DNA from: an uncultured Thermodesulfobacteriota bacterium
GTDB lineage: Bacteria > Desulfobacterota > RBG-13-43-22
Assembly: GCA_964627515.1 (NCBI GenBank)
Contig: CAZVHO010000008.1
Coordinates: 4,244 to 68,243, forward strand
Reading direction: 5' to 3'
Length of the DNA: 64,000 nt
Shown here in pieces: positions 63,650 through 64,000 of this stretch. Both the position numbers and the translations under genes were made by a program. The notes beneath the pieces were generated by a model. The model was not told where the DNA came from, made no database searches, and saw nothing but the letters and a program-made list of their open reading frames with translations. Each line of letters starts with the position of its first letter. The stretch's first letter is position 1.

Positions 63650-64000
63650 TCAGGAACAAATTGTCCCGGCTCAGGTAAACCCGGCCCCAGCAGTGCAGGC
63701 ATAGCAATGGTCGGAGACGGCGATCGGCGCCCCCGGACGAAGGAGGGGTTTTCCTTCAGAAAGGGGCGTCTTTTTACCTCCCATGAAAAGACCCTGGGAT
63801 AGATTAAAATCACAATCAAAAAGAAAGCCATCCCAGGAAACAGAAACCATGGTGCGGCACATGACCCCTTCCAGGGCTGCAGGATTGAAGGATTGGGCCA
63901 GCTTTTGACAATAGGATTCCAGATTACCCGATTTTGAAAGCCAGAGACGAAATCGGCCGAGAGGAACGTTGGCAAAGGCATAAAGATGATTGAAGACCAC
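63650..64000 (-). CDS. arsS: ArsS-type radical SAM/Cys-rich-domain (seleno)protein, C-terminal part; TGA at 63671-63673 read as selenocysteine
   Basis: The frame is open to the window edge. The C-terminus reads …WDGFLFDCDFN…SDHCYACTAGAGFT-TGA-AGTICS-TGA. The CxxCTAGxG(x)2-(C/U) tail is the hallmark of the TIGR04167 family, in which Sec/Cys alternate (from memory). The two cognate transferases lie immediately downstream. Confidence 0.6.

Noticed and set aside
63553-63981. 142-aa minus-strand ORF in a different frame from the ArsS-like ORF
   Set aside because: It overlaps the ArsS-like frame almost completely and has no recognisable motif. The ArsS frame carries the family-typical Cys-rich domain and C-terminal tail.

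Overview
This is a bacterial chromosomal window with about 60 protein-coding genes. I saw no rRNA, tRNA or CRISPR array. The gene content includes hybrid-cluster protein, an HdrA/MvhD/MetV/MetF module, class III ribonucleotide reductase NrdDG, a flavodiiron protein with rubredoxin, a ferredoxin:thioredoxin-reductase-like gene, and a radical SAM gene with an in-frame TGA. This points to a strictly anaerobic, selenocysteine-using organism, plausibly Desulfobacterota-like; that placement is inference from gene content only.

Layout:
- 1-9.0 kb: accessory region holding a tandem RHS toxin/lipoprotein cassette array (full tip, orphan module, short relic), followed by five small exported proteins.
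- 9.2-12.9 kb: hcp operon.
- 13.2-15.5 kb: hybrid sensor kinase.
- 15.5-26.0 kb: two SDRs, a TetR regulator, and a Liv-type ABC importer with an embedded acyl-CoA synthetase.
- 26.3-26.5 kb: decayed IS200-type transposase relic.
- 26.7-32.7 kb: MetF paralog, tandem HdrA, MvhD, MetV, MetF.
- 33.0-37.5 kb: translationally coupled receiver, ACT, ACT, PAS kinase and hybrid kinase genes.
- 37.8-40.9 kb: nrdD, glutaredoxin-like gene, nrdG.
- 41-47.4 kb: ilvE, dapA, a lipoprotein, dinB, mutY, kce.
- 47.5-54.5 kb: PilZ, corA, and a kinase, receiver and HD-GYP module.
- 54.8-58.9 kb: GGQ release-factor-like protein, lipid kinase, flavodiiron protein, PAS kinase, and a rubredoxin that is missing from the ORF track.
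- 59.0-60.9 kb: nifU, nifS, HMA protein.
- 61.4-61.9 kb: glutaredoxin-like gene and FTR.
- 62.2-64.0 kb: fused rSAM/selenodomain-associated transferases and the 3' end of an ArsS-type radical SAM gene, which needs TGA read as selenocysteine to reach its conserved C-terminus.

Almost every intergenic region carries members of several palindromic repeat families. These include MITE-like elements and low-complexity hairpins built from short repeated words.

All functional calls come from motif and family recognition by eye. No database search was run.
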